From Deltaproteobacteria bacterium (lineage in GTDB: Bacteria > Myxococcota > Kuafuiibacteriia > Kuafuiibacteriales > Kuafuiibacteriaceae): 64,000 nucleotides of DNA. Position 1 is the first letter of the stretch, and the number at the start of each line of letters is the position of its first letter. The stretch is from NCBI GenBank assembly GCA_040218735.1, contig JAVJQW010000069.1, positions 1 to 64,000 of the forward strand, written 5' to 3'. Shown here piece after piece: positions 11,501 to 20,893 of the stretch. A program made the position numbers and the translations under genes. The notes under the pieces are model-generated. The model ran no database searches. It had not been told where the DNA came from and was given only the letters and a program-made list of their open reading frames with translations.

Positions 11501-14500
11501 CGTTCAACGTTGCGATGAACGCGCTCGACTTCCTGCAGGTCTCTGGAGCGGCCCTGACGGGCGCACGAGCGACCTCGACAAACGACTTCGCGTTCTACGG
11601 GGCCCACGGCTGCCTCTTCAACCCAACATCCTCGCCATGTAACGGCGTCATCGAGCAGGTCGTACCGGTGTCATCGCTCGGCCAAGACTTCCTCGTGGTT
11701 CCGTTCGCGGGTCGCGCGTCCGGGTCGACGATCCGCGTGGTCGCGGCGCACGACAATACGACGGTTTCGATCGATGGCACGCAGGCAACGACCCTGCAGG
11801 CGGAGGAGTTCTACGAGTTCACCCACGACCAGACCGAGTACTTCCACGTGACGACGAGCCAGCCCGTGCTCGTGTACCAGGTCGCGTTTGGATCCCTCGA
11901 GGAGCCGGACTTCAACCTGGGGACAACGCTGGGCGACCCCACCATGGTTCAGGTCGTGCCGACGGAGCAGTTCGGTCAGCGCTACACATTCCATTCACTT
12001 CAGGGCTTCGAGGCCTTCCACCTCGCGACAGGCTCCTCGGTGAACTTCGAGAACCATGCCACGATCATTGTCCCGACCGCTTCAACGGCGGGCGTGCTCG
12101 TGGATGAGCAGCCGGTGACCTCGACGTGGACGGCGATCGGGTCGTCGGGCTACGCAGCCGCGCACGTCGACCTCGGGCAGGGATCGCACACGGTACGTCA
12201 CGTCGTTCCGAGTGTTCGCGTGGGCACGTACGCGTACGGTTGGGAGCAGGCCGACGCCTATGCACACCCGGCCGGGATGCACATTGCCCGTCTGCACGGC
12301 AGCTGCCAAACGTCGTCGACCGTGGCCGGAGATGGCTACGACAACGACTGCGACAACCTCGTCGACGAGGAGCTCGCCAATGGCATCGACGACGACGGCG
12401 ACGGGCAGGTGGACGAGGACCTGGCGCTCGAGCTGCCCACAAGCGGCAACGTGCCGCTCGCGTTCGACCAGACGCGGGCAGTGGCGATGAACACGCCCTC
12501 GTCCGGCATCGTCATGGGGGCGTTCGACGCGGATGGCGACACGCTTCGCTGGGACATCGTGGCGATGCCAACCAACGGTTCGTTGGCGCGCTACGAGGGC
12601 CTCAAGGGCATGTTCGCGACGCAGACGATCACTTCGACGACAAACGTCGGCCCGATCGTTCGCTATGTCCCCGACACCGACTACGAAGGGGCGGACAGCT
12701 TCACGTTCGAGGTGACGGATCAGAACGGGACGTCGAACGTGGCCACCGTTTCGATCGACGTCCGTCGACCGAACACCCGCCCGGTCATCACCAGCGAACC
12801 CCCGACCACCGTGGTCGAGGGCTCGATGTACACGCATCAACTCACCGCGGACGACCCGGACCAGGACAACTCGACGCTCATCTTCGGCGCGCACAACGCA
12901 CCCGAAGGGATGACGGTCTCAGAGAGCGGGCAGGTCTCCTGGGCCCCCGAAGATCCCGACGTAGGCGAGTACCCGGTCTCCTTCACGGTGACGGACGCCG
13001 AAGGCTCGAGGTCGAGCTACTTCCTCTTCATCACCGTCCAAGACCTCGCCGAGCCGCCCGTCTACGTCTCGAACCCGTCCACCATCGCATACGCGAACAC
13101 GCTCTACACGGCGACGGCCACGGCGATCGATCCCGACGTCGGATCGACAGTGCGCTACACGGTCGTTTCGGGGCCAAGCACGCTGAACTACGACTTCGTC
13201 ACGGGAATGCTGTCCTGGGTGCCTTCGCCGGCCGACGTCGGATCGCCGATCAGCGTTGTCTTGAGGGCGACTGATACCGCGGACCAGCTCTATGACGAGC
13301 TTCCGTTGACGCTCAACGTGCGCCCGACGAACACCGCGCCGATTCTCGATCCGGCGAACCCGCCGCTCGCGCTGGCGGCGCCGTTCGACGACTACGACGA
13401 GCAGCTCGTCGCTCTCGACCCGGACGTGGCCTACGGCGACACCGTCACCTTCACGGAGGTGTCCGTCCCCACCGGCATGAACATCTCGTCCACCGGCGTC
13501 GTGACTTGGCAGCCGACGACAGGGCAGCTCGGCACGCATCAGGTCTCGGTGCTCCTCACCGACGACTTCGGCGCGACGACACTGGAGTACTGGTACATCC
13601 ACGTGCGCTCGCTGAACCACCCGCCGCGTTTCGTCTCGACGCCGGTGCAGGCCGCTTTCGACGGGGCGACCTACAGCTACGCCGTGCAGGTTGAGGACCC
13701 GGACAACGGCGACACGCCGACGTTGGCCCTGGCGACCGCCCCGAGCTGGCTCGCACTGAACGGCAACACGCTGAGCGGTGCGCCCGCCACCGCCGACGTG
13801 GGCCAGACGCACGCGGTTTCGCTGACCGCGACAGATCGCGAAAGCGCGGTGACGCCGCAGAACTTTGTCATCTACGTGAGCGCGTCGAACAACGCGCCGA
13901 CGATTACCTCGAGCCCGCCGCTCGTGGCGACCCAGGGCACGGGCTACATCTATCCGCTCGTCGTCGACGACCCGGACCCGCTCGACACGCTCACGTACGT
14001 CGTGTCCCCGAACCCGGGCGGCATGACGGTGACGGCCGCGGGCACCATGCTGTGGACGCCCTCGGCGACGCAGGTCGGTCCGCAGATTCCGGCGGGTATC
14101 ACGGTGACGGACAGCGGTGGTCTTCAGGACATGGACACCTGGAACATCGACGTCGCGAACGTGAACGACGCGCCGACGATCACCTCCTCGCCGGTGGCGA
14201 CGGCGAGCGAGGGCCAGCCGTACCAGTACGTGGTCGCGGTGACGGATCCCGACGCCCCGAATGACGACTACATCCTCATTCTCGAGGACGGCCCGCCGGG
14301 GCTGCAGCTCGACGCGACGGCGGACACGTTGTTCTTCACGCCGACGACCTACGACATCGGCTTCCACCCGGTCGCCCTGCGCGTGATCGACAACGCCGGT
14401 GCGACGGGCGTGCAGACGTTCACGCTGAACGTGACCGACACGAACGACCCGCCGGAGATTACGTCGACGCCGAGCCTGCTCGCGCGCCAAGGCGAGTACT

Positions 14501-17500
14501 ACGAGTACCGCATTCGCATGCGCGACCCGGACGCGAACGAGACGCACACATATTTCCTCGACCAAGGCCCGGTCGACATGAACGTGGACATCCTGACCGG
14601 CATCCTCGACTTCACGCCGACGATCGCCCAGATCGGCCAGCACACCGTCACGGTGCGCGTGAACGACAGCCACCAGGCGACCGTCACGCAGACGTTCACG
14701 CTCGACGTCGTGGCTGACACGACGGACCCGGAGGTGACGGTCACCTTCACGCCGCCGCTCGTGACTGCGGGGCAGTCCTCGGTGGTGGCGGTCGTCGCGA
14801 CGGACAACGTCTCCGTCGCTTCAATCACGCTGACGGTCGACGGCCAGGCCGTAGCGCTCAACGGCAACAACCAAGCGACGATCCAGACCTCGACGACGTC
14901 GACGGGCGTACTCACGGCGATCGCGACCGCGACGGACCCGGCCGGCAACCAGGCCACCGACACGGCTGTGCTCGGCATCAGCGACCCGAGCGACGTGACG
15001 GCGCCCGTCGTGCAGATCGTCTCGCCGGCCGAGACCAGCACCACGGTTCCCACCATCACCGAGCCGACGGACATCTTCGTGACCGTGACGGATGCCAACG
15101 TCTTGGAGTGGCACCTCACGGTGCGGCCGACGTGGGGAACCTCGACGCCGGTGGAACTCGCCTGGGGAACTTCGCAGGTCACGGACGCCGTCGTGGCGGA
15201 GTTCGATCCGACGGTGCTCGAAAACGGCATGTACATGCTGGAGCTGACGGCCACCGACCTCGGCGGCCTGGAGACGACGGACGAAGCGACGCTGCAGGTG
15301 GAGGGCAACATGAAGATCGGTGTGTTCACGCTGAGCTTCGTGGACCTCGCGATACCGGTGAGCGGCATCCCGATAACCGTCACGCGAACGTACGACTCAC
15401 GGGTGAAGACGACCGAGGACTTCGGTGTCGGCTGGACGCTCGACGTCGCGGCGGGTCGCTACTTCAACAACCGTCGTCCCGGCGACGGTTGGGAGATCGT
15501 CGCGTCCGGGCCTCCCAACTCGCTGCCGTGCCAGGTCGACCAGGAGCTTCTACAGCACCGCACGGAGGTGAGGTTGAGCGACCAGGAGTTCTATAGCTTC
15601 GTGCCACAGCTCATCAACATGCGCGCAAGTGTAGGGACCTGTGTCGCCGACTGGGTCTACGTTCAGAGCGGCGGAAGTTCTCCAGGTGCGACGCTCGAGC
15701 CCCTCGACACGAGCCCCATCGAACTCTTCAACAACGGGGGCGCCCTGATTGACACCAATACGGGTGCGCCATTCGATCCCCAGATCGTCCAACTGACGAC
15801 GCACGACGGGCGGATTTACGACGTCGACCAGGACGATGGCGTCGTCCGCATGGAGGACCGCAACGGCAACGAGCTGTTCATCAACGCGAGCGGCATCGTT
15901 CACGAGAGCGGCCAATCGATCTACTTCGTGAGGGATACTGCAGGGCGCATCACGCAGATCATCGATCCGATGGGCGAGACGCTGGGCTACGTCTATGACG
16001 CGAACGGAGACCTCGTGTCGTTCACGGATCGCGAAGGGAACACGACCTTGTTCACATACGCCGCGAACCACTACCTCGAAGGCGTCATTAATCCGCTTGG
16101 CGTTCGCGCGGTGCGCTCCGAGTACGACGCGACCGGCCGCCTTGTCGCGACGATCGATCCGGACGGCAATCGCATCGACCTCACGCACAATGTCTCGGCC
16201 CGGATCGAGACGACGCAGGACCGGCTCGGGTACACGACGACGTTCGAGTACGACGCTCGCGGGAATGTCACGCGGCGAATCGATGCCCTCAGCAACGAGA
16301 CGACGTACACGTATGACGCGAGCGACAACGAGCTGTCCGTCACGGATGCACTCGGCAGAACCTCGACCAAGACGTATGACCAGTACAACCGGGTGCTGAC
16401 GTTCACGGACTTCGAGGGACACACAACGACGCTCACGCGGAACAGTGCGGGCCAGGTGCTGTCATCGCTGGACGCGCGCGGTCGCCTCATCACGAACGTC
16501 TACGATGCCCAAGGGAACCTTACGTCCACGACCGACGGGGAGGGCGCGACGACGAGCTACGTCTACAACGCCGCCGGGAACCCAACCCTCGTCACCGATG
16601 CGCTTGGTCAGACGACGACGGTCGCCTACGACTTGTACGGCAACGAGACCTCGAGGACGGACCCGCTCGGCAACGTGACGACAACCGCCTACGACGTCAA
16701 CGGTCAGCGGACATCGGTATCGAGGGTTAGGACTCTGGCCGATGGGAGTCCGCAGACGCTCACCAACCTCTTCGGTTGGAGCGCTGACGGTAAACCGACG
16801 ACGACTCAGGACGCGGCAGGCTTCACGACCGAGATCGTCTACGACGCTCTCGGAAAGCCGTCGTCCGTGATCGCCAAGAATGGCGCGACGACGACCTACG
16901 TCCAGGACGCTCATGGTCGGCTCACCGAGATTCGCTATATCGACGGAACGTCCGACATGTACACCTACGACCTCGAGGGTCGAACCCTCACCGAGACTGA
17001 CCGCCTAGGCAACACAACGTCGTACCAGTACGACGCCCTTGGACGCCGAACGCGTGTCACGCACCCGGACTTGAGCTTCCGAACGACGACCTATGATGCG
17101 ATCGGCCGCGTCCTCACGGAGACGGACGAGCGGGGCGGAGTGACGAGCTACGCCTATGGTCCGTCGACGGTGACGGTGACCGACCCGAACAGCAATGCGA
17201 CCGTGCGCGAGCTCAACGAGGACGAGCAGCCCTGGCGCATCACCGACGCACGTTCCAACGTGACGACGTTGACGTACGACTTCGCATCGGACCGACATGG
17301 GGGAGGGCGCCTTGTGCGAACCGACTTCGCCGATGGCACGCATGTGTCGAGCGGGTACGATGCACTCGGGCGGAAAACCTCGGACACCGATCAGGCCGGT
17401 CGGACGACGCACTTTGGCTTCGATGCGCTCGGACGGTTGACGAGTGTCACCGATACGAGCACGCAGACGTGGACGTACGGATACGACGAAGCCGGAAACC

Positions 17501-19623
17501 GCACCTCCATCACGGACCCACTCAGTCGCGTCACCCTGTTCGAATTCGATGCGATGGGGCGTATGACGCGCCGCGAGCTCCCGCTAGGACAGTTCGAGAC
17601 GATGACCTACGACGCGATGGGGAATATGGTGTCGAAGACCGACTTCAACGGCGCCACCACCACCTACAGCTACGACATCCAGAATCGGATGCAGGTGCGC
17701 GCACTGCCCGGCGAGGCTCCGGTGAGCTTCGGCTACGACGCGCTCGGTCGACGCGTGTCTGCGAGCACCGGACGCCAATGGGTGTACGATAGTCGGGGGC
17801 GCGTGGTGGAGGACCATAAACCTACCGGAGACGTGCTCGCGTACGGCTACGATGCGACAGGCAACCGCACCTCGCTCACCGGGCCGCACGCGACGGTGAC
17901 GTATGCGTTCGACGCGGGAGGGCGCCTGTCGACCGTGACCGGCCCGACGGGGACGTTTACGTATGGCTATGATGCGAATGGTAACGAGACGAGCCTCGCG
18001 TTCCCCAACGGCGTCGTCACGACACGTGGCTACGATACGCTCAACCGCCTATCGCTTATCGAGACAGTCGGACCGGGGAGTTCGCTCGTCGCAGCGTACG
18101 ACTATCTGCGAGACGCGACGGGACGAATCATCGAGGTCGACGAGGGGCACTCGGGTCGGCTCGTGGCGTACGGCTACGATGCGGCTTACCGGCTCGACGG
18201 TGAGACGATCACGGAGTCATCGAACAATATCAGAGTCGTAACGTATAACTATGATGCGGTCGGAAACCGCGTATCGCGCAACGACTCGGTCCGCGGAAGC
18301 ACGACATACACCTACGATGGCAACGACCGCCTCACCAGTCTAACGTCGAGTGTGGGCACGATTAGCCTGTATTACGATCAGAACGGAAACCTACTGCAGC
18401 GCGGGTCGGACGCGTTCGGCTACGATGCGCGAAACCTCATGATATCCGCGTCGGACGGCACAGCTGGATATGGATATGGATACGATGTCGATGGTGCTCG
18501 AGTAACAAGATACCAGAATGGTCTTGTCGTAGAGGGATTGCTAGTCGACCATCAGATGCCGAACCATGAGGCCGTTCGGAGGACGGACGGATCCGGAACT
18601 GAGATAGAGGCAACGGTCTTCGGAGCAGACCGACCACTAATGAACGTGTCAAGCGTAGACGGAATCCACTATTTGCATGCGGATGCCCAGCGATCGGTTC
18701 GCTTCATGACATCGGATGCCGCAGCCGTTATTGAAGCGTTCTCCTTTGACGCTTTCGGCGCACCATTGCCCGGTGGACTGCCTGTCGCGTCCTCAAATCA
18801 AAGGCTGTTTGGTGGCGAAGTACATGACTCCGAGACAGGTTTGATCTACCTCCGAGCACGTCAATATAATCCAGAGGACGGCCGGTTCCTCGGTGTGGAT
18901 CCATTTCTTGGTGTTCGGACGTCCCCAAGTTCTTTGCATAGGTACACCTATGCGTCGTCAGATCCAGTTGGTCAAAGAGACCCAAGTGGTATGGTGTCGA
19001 TCTCCCAGGTATCTGTGTCGATTGGGATAGCCAGTACGTTGTCGGCTCTTTCCTTGGATGCCTTCGCGTCTGGTGCCCCCAAGAAGAAGGCGTCCCTTAG
19101 AGATGTCGTTCGAAAGGTCGAGAAGGATGCAGCCGTGAAAGTGCGGGAGCTTGCGTCCAAGTTCACGCACGGGATGTTCAAGAAGTACTTCTATCGAGAC
19201 GCCAAGGCGAGCGACACATCTGGTGTACGACAGGTGAAGAGTGTACTTCGGAAGATCGCAGAGAAGCTCGAGTCCGAGAACGTGACGCGTATCTTCCCTG
19301 GTGATCCGACCTACAGTGGATGCAAGGGGAATGCAAAGACGGTAAGAGCAACGCAGACCATCACATACTGCAATGTAGGGGCCTTTACTCTCGCTCCGGA
19401 GTTCGTGGCTTCGTCCGTTGCTGTTCATGAGCACAAGCACCTGATTGCCCCAGACGAGCCAGATTCGAACCATGTCGCGACCTACGGATCGCAGGCCGGG
19501 GCTGCGGCGTTCTTCTGGGGGCTACCATCATCGGCTAGGGCTATGAGGAACGCGACAAATTATGAAGCCGCGTACAGCCACGAGACGTTCGGGGAGGGGA
19601 TCGCTCAGTCATGGTGGGAATAG
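5530..19623 (+). CDS. Giant (4697 aa) adhesin-like RHS toxin: signal/lipobox, Ig/cadherin-like repeats, discoidin-like, PKD and IgGFc-binding-like domains, YD shell, M35-like protease tip
   Basis: AAMAC lipobox-like N-terminus; many N.pP.i.S.P...Y.Y.v.a.DPD repeats; YAWDFGDG PKD motif; DGYDNDCDNLVDE; YD repeats; YLRARQYNP...RDPSG; tip VHEHKH...TYG...NATNY. Confidence 0.93.
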   Translation: MQWFSALVNKSVLRQLGLAVASATAAMACSPSPNPTNVDSSKAALGTVEDVVVFGRNSVRIEPSSAVLGGDVAVEATEGSPYPTSGTLADGARVSVGAWSTIGGDVVAATGLFEYGSELVDGNNFDRYAALDGVFYNGLLRGGVSLPMSPLPPAFPTVAPVTPGIGTLTVAAGTSQTLTASTSYEAIVVETGATLYLDTGAHRVATVTTSTNATIIALDRVDLRIADALLLGADSVLTTTTGFSAGDLRIDVAGFNSPPDPLATVRAVEFGDRAEVRAIIFAPNGTAWVGEDAVVDGVIFARDVWVDFGATVAFEDGRDPYASDAPVAFSDRFSVSEDATLDTGAPGVTWNDYDPNSGDTLTAELVSGTTSGTVALSADGSFVYTPHTNFTGQDFFTYRVTDGTYDSSTATVTITVDDQDDAPLIVSEPVRTAFVGALWRYVVDVTDADTDEVLTFSLDSGAPSGMTISSTTGVVTWTPGSGDVDVHVFTVRVTDSTSLFDTQTRALEVTATPLVEDFTVYGAESVQLDAAGKFGGDIGAGVVGSGPYLGSGWWGTARTTIGGFVDGRTFGESVALDYGVYVEDIYATDLVHDQASVRGVLTSLPSMPSLAGTTTVAVAGTLNVAASTTQTLSAGAATATITIGADACLELEEGTHAAGHIDVGEGGCIVALGPIVLRVNGRMDLAQGAYLGQADGANLSAEQIQVFVHGSNGGSGGPTDTPYAFEGGYESSVNAHVSAPNGTLYLGQRSVNWGSFTGQHVYAGVESSTHYEGDDGGAFAGSPVFLTTELVTVNEGQTYTYDAHAVDYDPGDRVTYRLMVRPSSEMNVDEDTGVVTWATTSADVGTHPVILRAEDLAGNYVDQDYDLTVVNVNDAPSLAGNTDVTVGTVGQPYAYSIDATDPDLAVNPSEDLTFSLDTSPAGMSINESDEDTALITWTPAANQAGTSTVTVRVTDAGGLFDTRTFYIDVASGNQPPTITSSPVLTVSAGTGWTYRVESTDPDPGDVPTYTLTENPDGMVIDEDSGLILWRNTVEGSHDFTVVVTDVLGATDSNAHTLVVEAVNRPPQIVSTAPTMGIVGAEYSYDVDASDPDGDTLIYAIVSGPQNALIDRDTGMLTWTPAVGDLSGASFVIRAQDPDGAEALDSFPISVYAPPSAAPMAAFTTARGNNVSSWVDGARVVAVSAGSLNFAQQTIGNPSGSTGWRPLSNANEWMEVDLAGDELEVIDRVLLSGYSASTTQSINHFEVAVSTDTEPGGAFTTVFAGQLEADAYRQEFTFAPVRARFVRLTMISNHGAPTVSALPFLEIRNRPRNGGVVSLLEGGAQIVSATDPDVDDAFDFSASSYWRHPASTDPIVATLQLATAAPIAIDKLTIGPESFGNSMRTFELRASATGSADDDFVTLLRDEYDFNGANSAALWTRRYDFTATDAQFVQLVVFDSWSPGIDVPINNVRVYSPALGGLTVSFDNVTDLSDALNYSYAWDFGDGRTSTETHPTHTYADGGTYNVTLTVTDAGGLTSTASAAYTAIEPPVIDFESNPDPIYEGDVVAFTSLATAPSGTIAAYAWLRGDQAPTEPTYVSAAGVSPIPFGGQSYPVDGTVMLEHRILDGYLVEGRGTLPVEVLRRAPTSTVDGAHDLYWGEPWRITSAVDDHLDSISCVWVFGDGTPDASLSPCQEGYEQDVVHAYDQPGDYVARLNAYDEDGVVGYGEFELRVHRRPSAILIAGTSTVVGSSVYVEAYVVDEYDGRGRRNGLAVVFDSGATSVATTTDANGRASALIPFSASTALPVTVTFDGNVDYEASSGDYTFTTYDGSGVPITQTPTWSGNEGSEFYAGIPSWSWEPQRIPEEDRLTQFQFASRVPTIATVYGPAFGTAHVAIQPGVVTQLQLPREIDPGPFDVGGRLSVGGGFRITSPHAISVTQLQGLRAALDSALLIPRPRLGSDYVTPTFPAVSFSQESYAGYLNAVGVTDSTTIYVDHSTSAGSPSGPTGSPFNVAMNALDFLQVSGAALTGARATSTNDFAFYGAHGCLFNPTSSPCNGVIEQVVPVSSLGQDFLVVPFAGRASGSTIRVVAAHDNTTVSIDGTQATTLQAEEFYEFTHDQTEYFHVTTSQPVLVYQVAFGSLEEPDFNLGTTLGDPTMVQVVPTEQFGQRYTFHSLQGFEAFHLATGSSVNFENHATIIVPTASTAGVLVDEQPVTSTWTAIGSSGYAAAHVDLGQGSHTVRHVVPSVRVGTYAYGWEQADAYAHPAGMHIARLHGSCQTSSTVAGDGYDNDCDNLVDEELANGIDDDGDGQVDEDLALELPTSGNVPLAFDQTRAVAMNTPSSGIVMGAFDADGDTLRWDIVAMPTNGSLARYEGLKGMFATQTITSTTNVGPIVRYVPDTDYEGADSFTFEVTDQNGTSNVATVSIDVRRPNTRPVITSEPPTTVVEGSMYTHQLTADDPDQDNSTLIFGAHNAPEGMTVSESGQVSWAPEDPDVGEYPVSFTVTDAEGSRSSYFLFITVQDLAEPPVYVSNPSTIAYANTLYTATATAIDPDVGSTVRYTVVSGPSTLNYDFVTGMLSWVPSPADVGSPISVVLRATDTADQLYDELPLTLNVRPTNTAPILDPANPPLALAAPFDDYDEQLVALDPDVAYGDTVTFTEVSVPTGMNISSTGVVTWQPTTGQLGTHQVSVLLTDDFGATTLEYWYIHVRSLNHPPRFVSTPVQAAFDGATYSYAVQVEDPDNGDTPTLALATAPSWLALNGNTLSGAPATADVGQTHAVSLTATDRESAVTPQNFVIYVSASNNAPTITSSPPLVATQGTGYIYPLVVDDPDPLDTLTYVVSPNPGGMTVTAAGTMLWTPSATQVGPQIPAGITVTDSGGLQDMDTWNIDVANVNDAPTITSSPVATASEGQPYQYVVAVTDPDAPNDDYILILEDGPPGLQLDATADTLFFTPTTYDIGFHPVALRVIDNAGATGVQTFTLNVTDTNDPPEITSTPSLLARQGEYYEYRIRMRDPDANETHTYFLDQGPVDMNVDILTGILDFTPTIAQIGQHTVTVRVNDSHQATVTQTFTLDVVADTTDPEVTVTFTPPLVTAGQSSVVAVVATDNVSVASITLTVDGQAVALNGNNQATIQTSTTSTGVLTAIATATDPAGNQATDTAVLGISDPSDVTAPVVQIVSPAETSTTVPTITEPTDIFVTVTDANVLEWHLTVRPTWGTSTPVELAWGTSQVTDAVVAEFDPTVLENGMYMLELTATDLGGLETTDEATLQVEGNMKIGVFTLSFVDLAIPVSGIPITVTRTYDSRVKTTEDFGVGWTLDVAAGRYFNNRRPGDGWEIVASGPPNSLPCQVDQELLQHRTEVRLSDQEFYSFVPQLINMRASVGTCVADWVYVQSGGSSPGATLEPLDTSPIELFNNGGALIDTNTGAPFDPQIVQLTTHDGRIYDVDQDDGVVRMEDRNGNELFINASGIVHESGQSIYFVRDTAGRITQIIDPMGETLGYVYDANGDLVSFTDREGNTTLFTYAANHYLEGVINPLGVRAVRSEYDATGRLVATIDPDGNRIDLTHNVSARIETTQDRLGYTTTFEYDARGNVTRRIDALSNETTYTYDASDNELSVTDALGRTSTKTYDQYNRVLTFTDFEGHTTTLTRNSAGQVLSSLDARGRLITNVYDAQGNLTSTTDGEGATTSYVYNAAGNPTLVTDALGQTTTVAYDLYGNETSRTDPLGNVTTTAYDVNGQRTSVSRVRTLADGSPQTLTNLFGWSADGKPTTTQDAAGFTTEIVYDALGKPSSVIAKNGATTTYVQDAHGRLTEIRYIDGTSDMYTYDLEGRTLTETDRLGNTTSYQYDALGRRTRVTHPDLSFRTTTYDAIGRVLTETDERGGVTSYAYGPSTVTVTDPNSNATVRELNEDEQPWRITDARSNVTTLTYDFASDRHGGGRLVRTDFADGTHVSSGYDALGRKTSDTDQAGRTTHFGFDALGRLTSVTDTSTQTWTYGYDEAGNRTSITDPLSRVTLFEFDAMGRMTRRELPLGQFETMTYDAMGNMVSKTDFNGATTTYSYDIQNRMQVRALPGEAPVSFGYDALGRRVSASTGRQWVYDSRGRVVEDHKPTGDVLAYGYDATGNRTSLTGPHATVTYAFDAGGRLSTVTGPTGTFTYGYDANGNETSLAFPNGVVTTRGYDTLNRLSLIETVGPGSSLVAAYDYLRDATGRIIEVDEGHSGRLVAYGYDAAYRLDGETITESSNNIRVVTYNYDAVGNRVSRNDSVRGSTTYTYDGNDRLTSLTSSVGTISLYYDQNGNLLQRGSDAFGYDARNLMISASDGTAGYGYGYDVDGARVTRYQNGLVVEGLLVDHQMPNHEAVRRTDGSGTEIEATVFGADRPLMNVSSVDGIHYLHADAQRSVRFMTSDAAAVIEAFSFDAFGAPLPGGLPVASSNQRLFGGEVHDSETGLIYLRARQYNPEDGRFLGVDPFLGVRTSPSSLHRYTYASSDPVGQRDPSGMVSISQVSVSIGIASTLSALSLDAFASGAPKKKASLRDVVRKVEKDAAVKVRELASKFTHGMFKKYFYRDAKASDTSGVRQVKSVLRKIAEKLESENVTRIFPGDPTYSGCKGNAKTVRATQTITYCNVGAFTLAPEFVASSVAVHEHKHLIAPDEPDSNHVATYGSQAGAAAFFWGLPSSARAMRNATNYEAAYSHETFGEGIAQSWWE

Positions 19624-20816
19624 TAGTAGTGCTATTAGGGGTTCGTGATTGTGCGAGAAGGCGTTTGACCGTCGGTCTCTGTCTGGCCGCCGCGGCCTCT
19701 CTGCTCTTCTCTGTGAAGAGTGCCCAGGGTTACGAGGCGCCCATGAGCGAGTGCCCGACGGCTTTGAGCGGTTGCCTGCATGAGTTGGGGGGAGGCCTCG
19801 TTGTCCGTGTACGAGGTGATGTTCTCGTCAAGATTGACCTGCGAACGGGCAAGGAGTTGGCGTGGCGAACGCTTCCGCAGAATGCGGTATTGGCGGCTGA
19901 CCATGAAACCGAACGCATATGCGTGGCCGCCCCGTCTACTTTGGGGTGTCTGGATCAGCGGTTGGGGTGGCTCTGGCAGAAGCCGGCTGTCGCCAAGGTG
20001 AGTACAATCAGCGCCGGAGCGGGTCTATTTATCGTGAGTTATCGACTTGAGCACTCAGCACGGACGCGTTGGCAATTGTTGGTTATGGATGTGACGGACG
20101 GCACAACGAAGTGGAAGGATGTTTCGTCCGATCCGGTCCGGCCCGACGCTAGTGCAGAGGTCGTTTATCGTGACGGTGAGGGGCGCCTCGTCGCTCGAGA
20201 GGGGGCGTCGGGGAAGGTCTTGTGGAGAAGTCTGCTACTGGGCGGATTCGGGAGAATAGGGGTTGACGCCGAACACGTTGTCGTTGGGGCCGGAGACGGG
20301 CAGGTATATTGTCTCTCGCGAAGGACGGGCGACACGGTCTGGAAGCATCGGGTGCACGAACCATTCGAACGTGAGTCGGGTGTAGAGATACACGTCGCAG
20401 TCGGCGGAGATCAGACGGTGGCCTCAACGGTCGACCCGATGGGCGAAACACGGTTTCATGCCTTTCGCGCGAGAGACGGCCTGCGTCTCTGGTCGTCGGA
20501 CGCAGTCGACTATCCAGGACTGCCGGAGTTGGTGGAAGATAATTGGCGGGTTTCGAGTAACCCAGGAATTTTGTCCCGGGCTTGCTCTAGCCAGCTACCG
20601 CCGCTGGGGCTAATCGACGACTCTGGCCGAATTAAGCAATCCGTTCCGGGCGATGCTCCGCAGTACCGCGAAATGACGTCGAAGCACGGCGCGCGTGTTC
20701 GAATGTACCTTCTGCGAGAAATGGCCCGGGTTGAGAGTCGGGACAGGGGCGGTCGTGTGTCGTGGGTTTGGGAGAGAGCAGAGCCGTGGCCGCCGAATTG
20801 CGTCGGAGGCCACTGA
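19611..20816 (+). CDS. PQQ-like/BamB-type beta-propeller protein, candidate immunity
   Basis: Repeated D..tG...W blades (DLRTGKELAW, DVTDGTTKW, GASGKVLW, RRTGDTVW, ARDGLRLW); hydrophobic N-terminal signal; overlaps toxin 3' end; start uncertain. Confidence 0.75.
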   Translation: MVGIVVVLLGVRDCARRRLTVGLCLAAAASLLFSVKSAQGYEAPMSECPTALSGCLHELGGGLVVRVRGDVLVKIDLRTGKELAWRTLPQNAVLAADHETERICVAAPSTLGCLDQRLGWLWQKPAVAKVSTISAGAGLFIVSYRLEHSARTRWQLLVMDVTDGTTKWKDVSSDPVRPDASAEVVYRDGEGRLVAREGASGKVLWRSLLLGGFGRIGVDAEHVVVGAGDGQVYCLSRRTGDTVWKHRVHEPFERESGVEIHVAVGGDQTVASTVDPMGETRFHAFRARDGLRLWSSDAVDYPGLPELVEDNWRVSSNPGILSRACSSQLPPLGLIDDSGRIKQSVPGDAPQYREMTSKHGARVRMYLLREMARVESRDRGGRVSWVWERAEPWPPNCVGGH

Positions 20817-20893
20817 TGATACGAATCGTTGCTTGCGTGAGAGGGTAACCTCAGAGTGGGCCGAGCAGTCTCTGCTTTTATTCTCGACGCGCG

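Noticed and set aside
5719-17889. Long antisense and alternative-frame ORFs within the giant RHS gene (e.g. 5719-7305, 12919-14673)
   Set aside because: Shadow ORFs expected from strong GC3 codon bias; no recognisable motifs.
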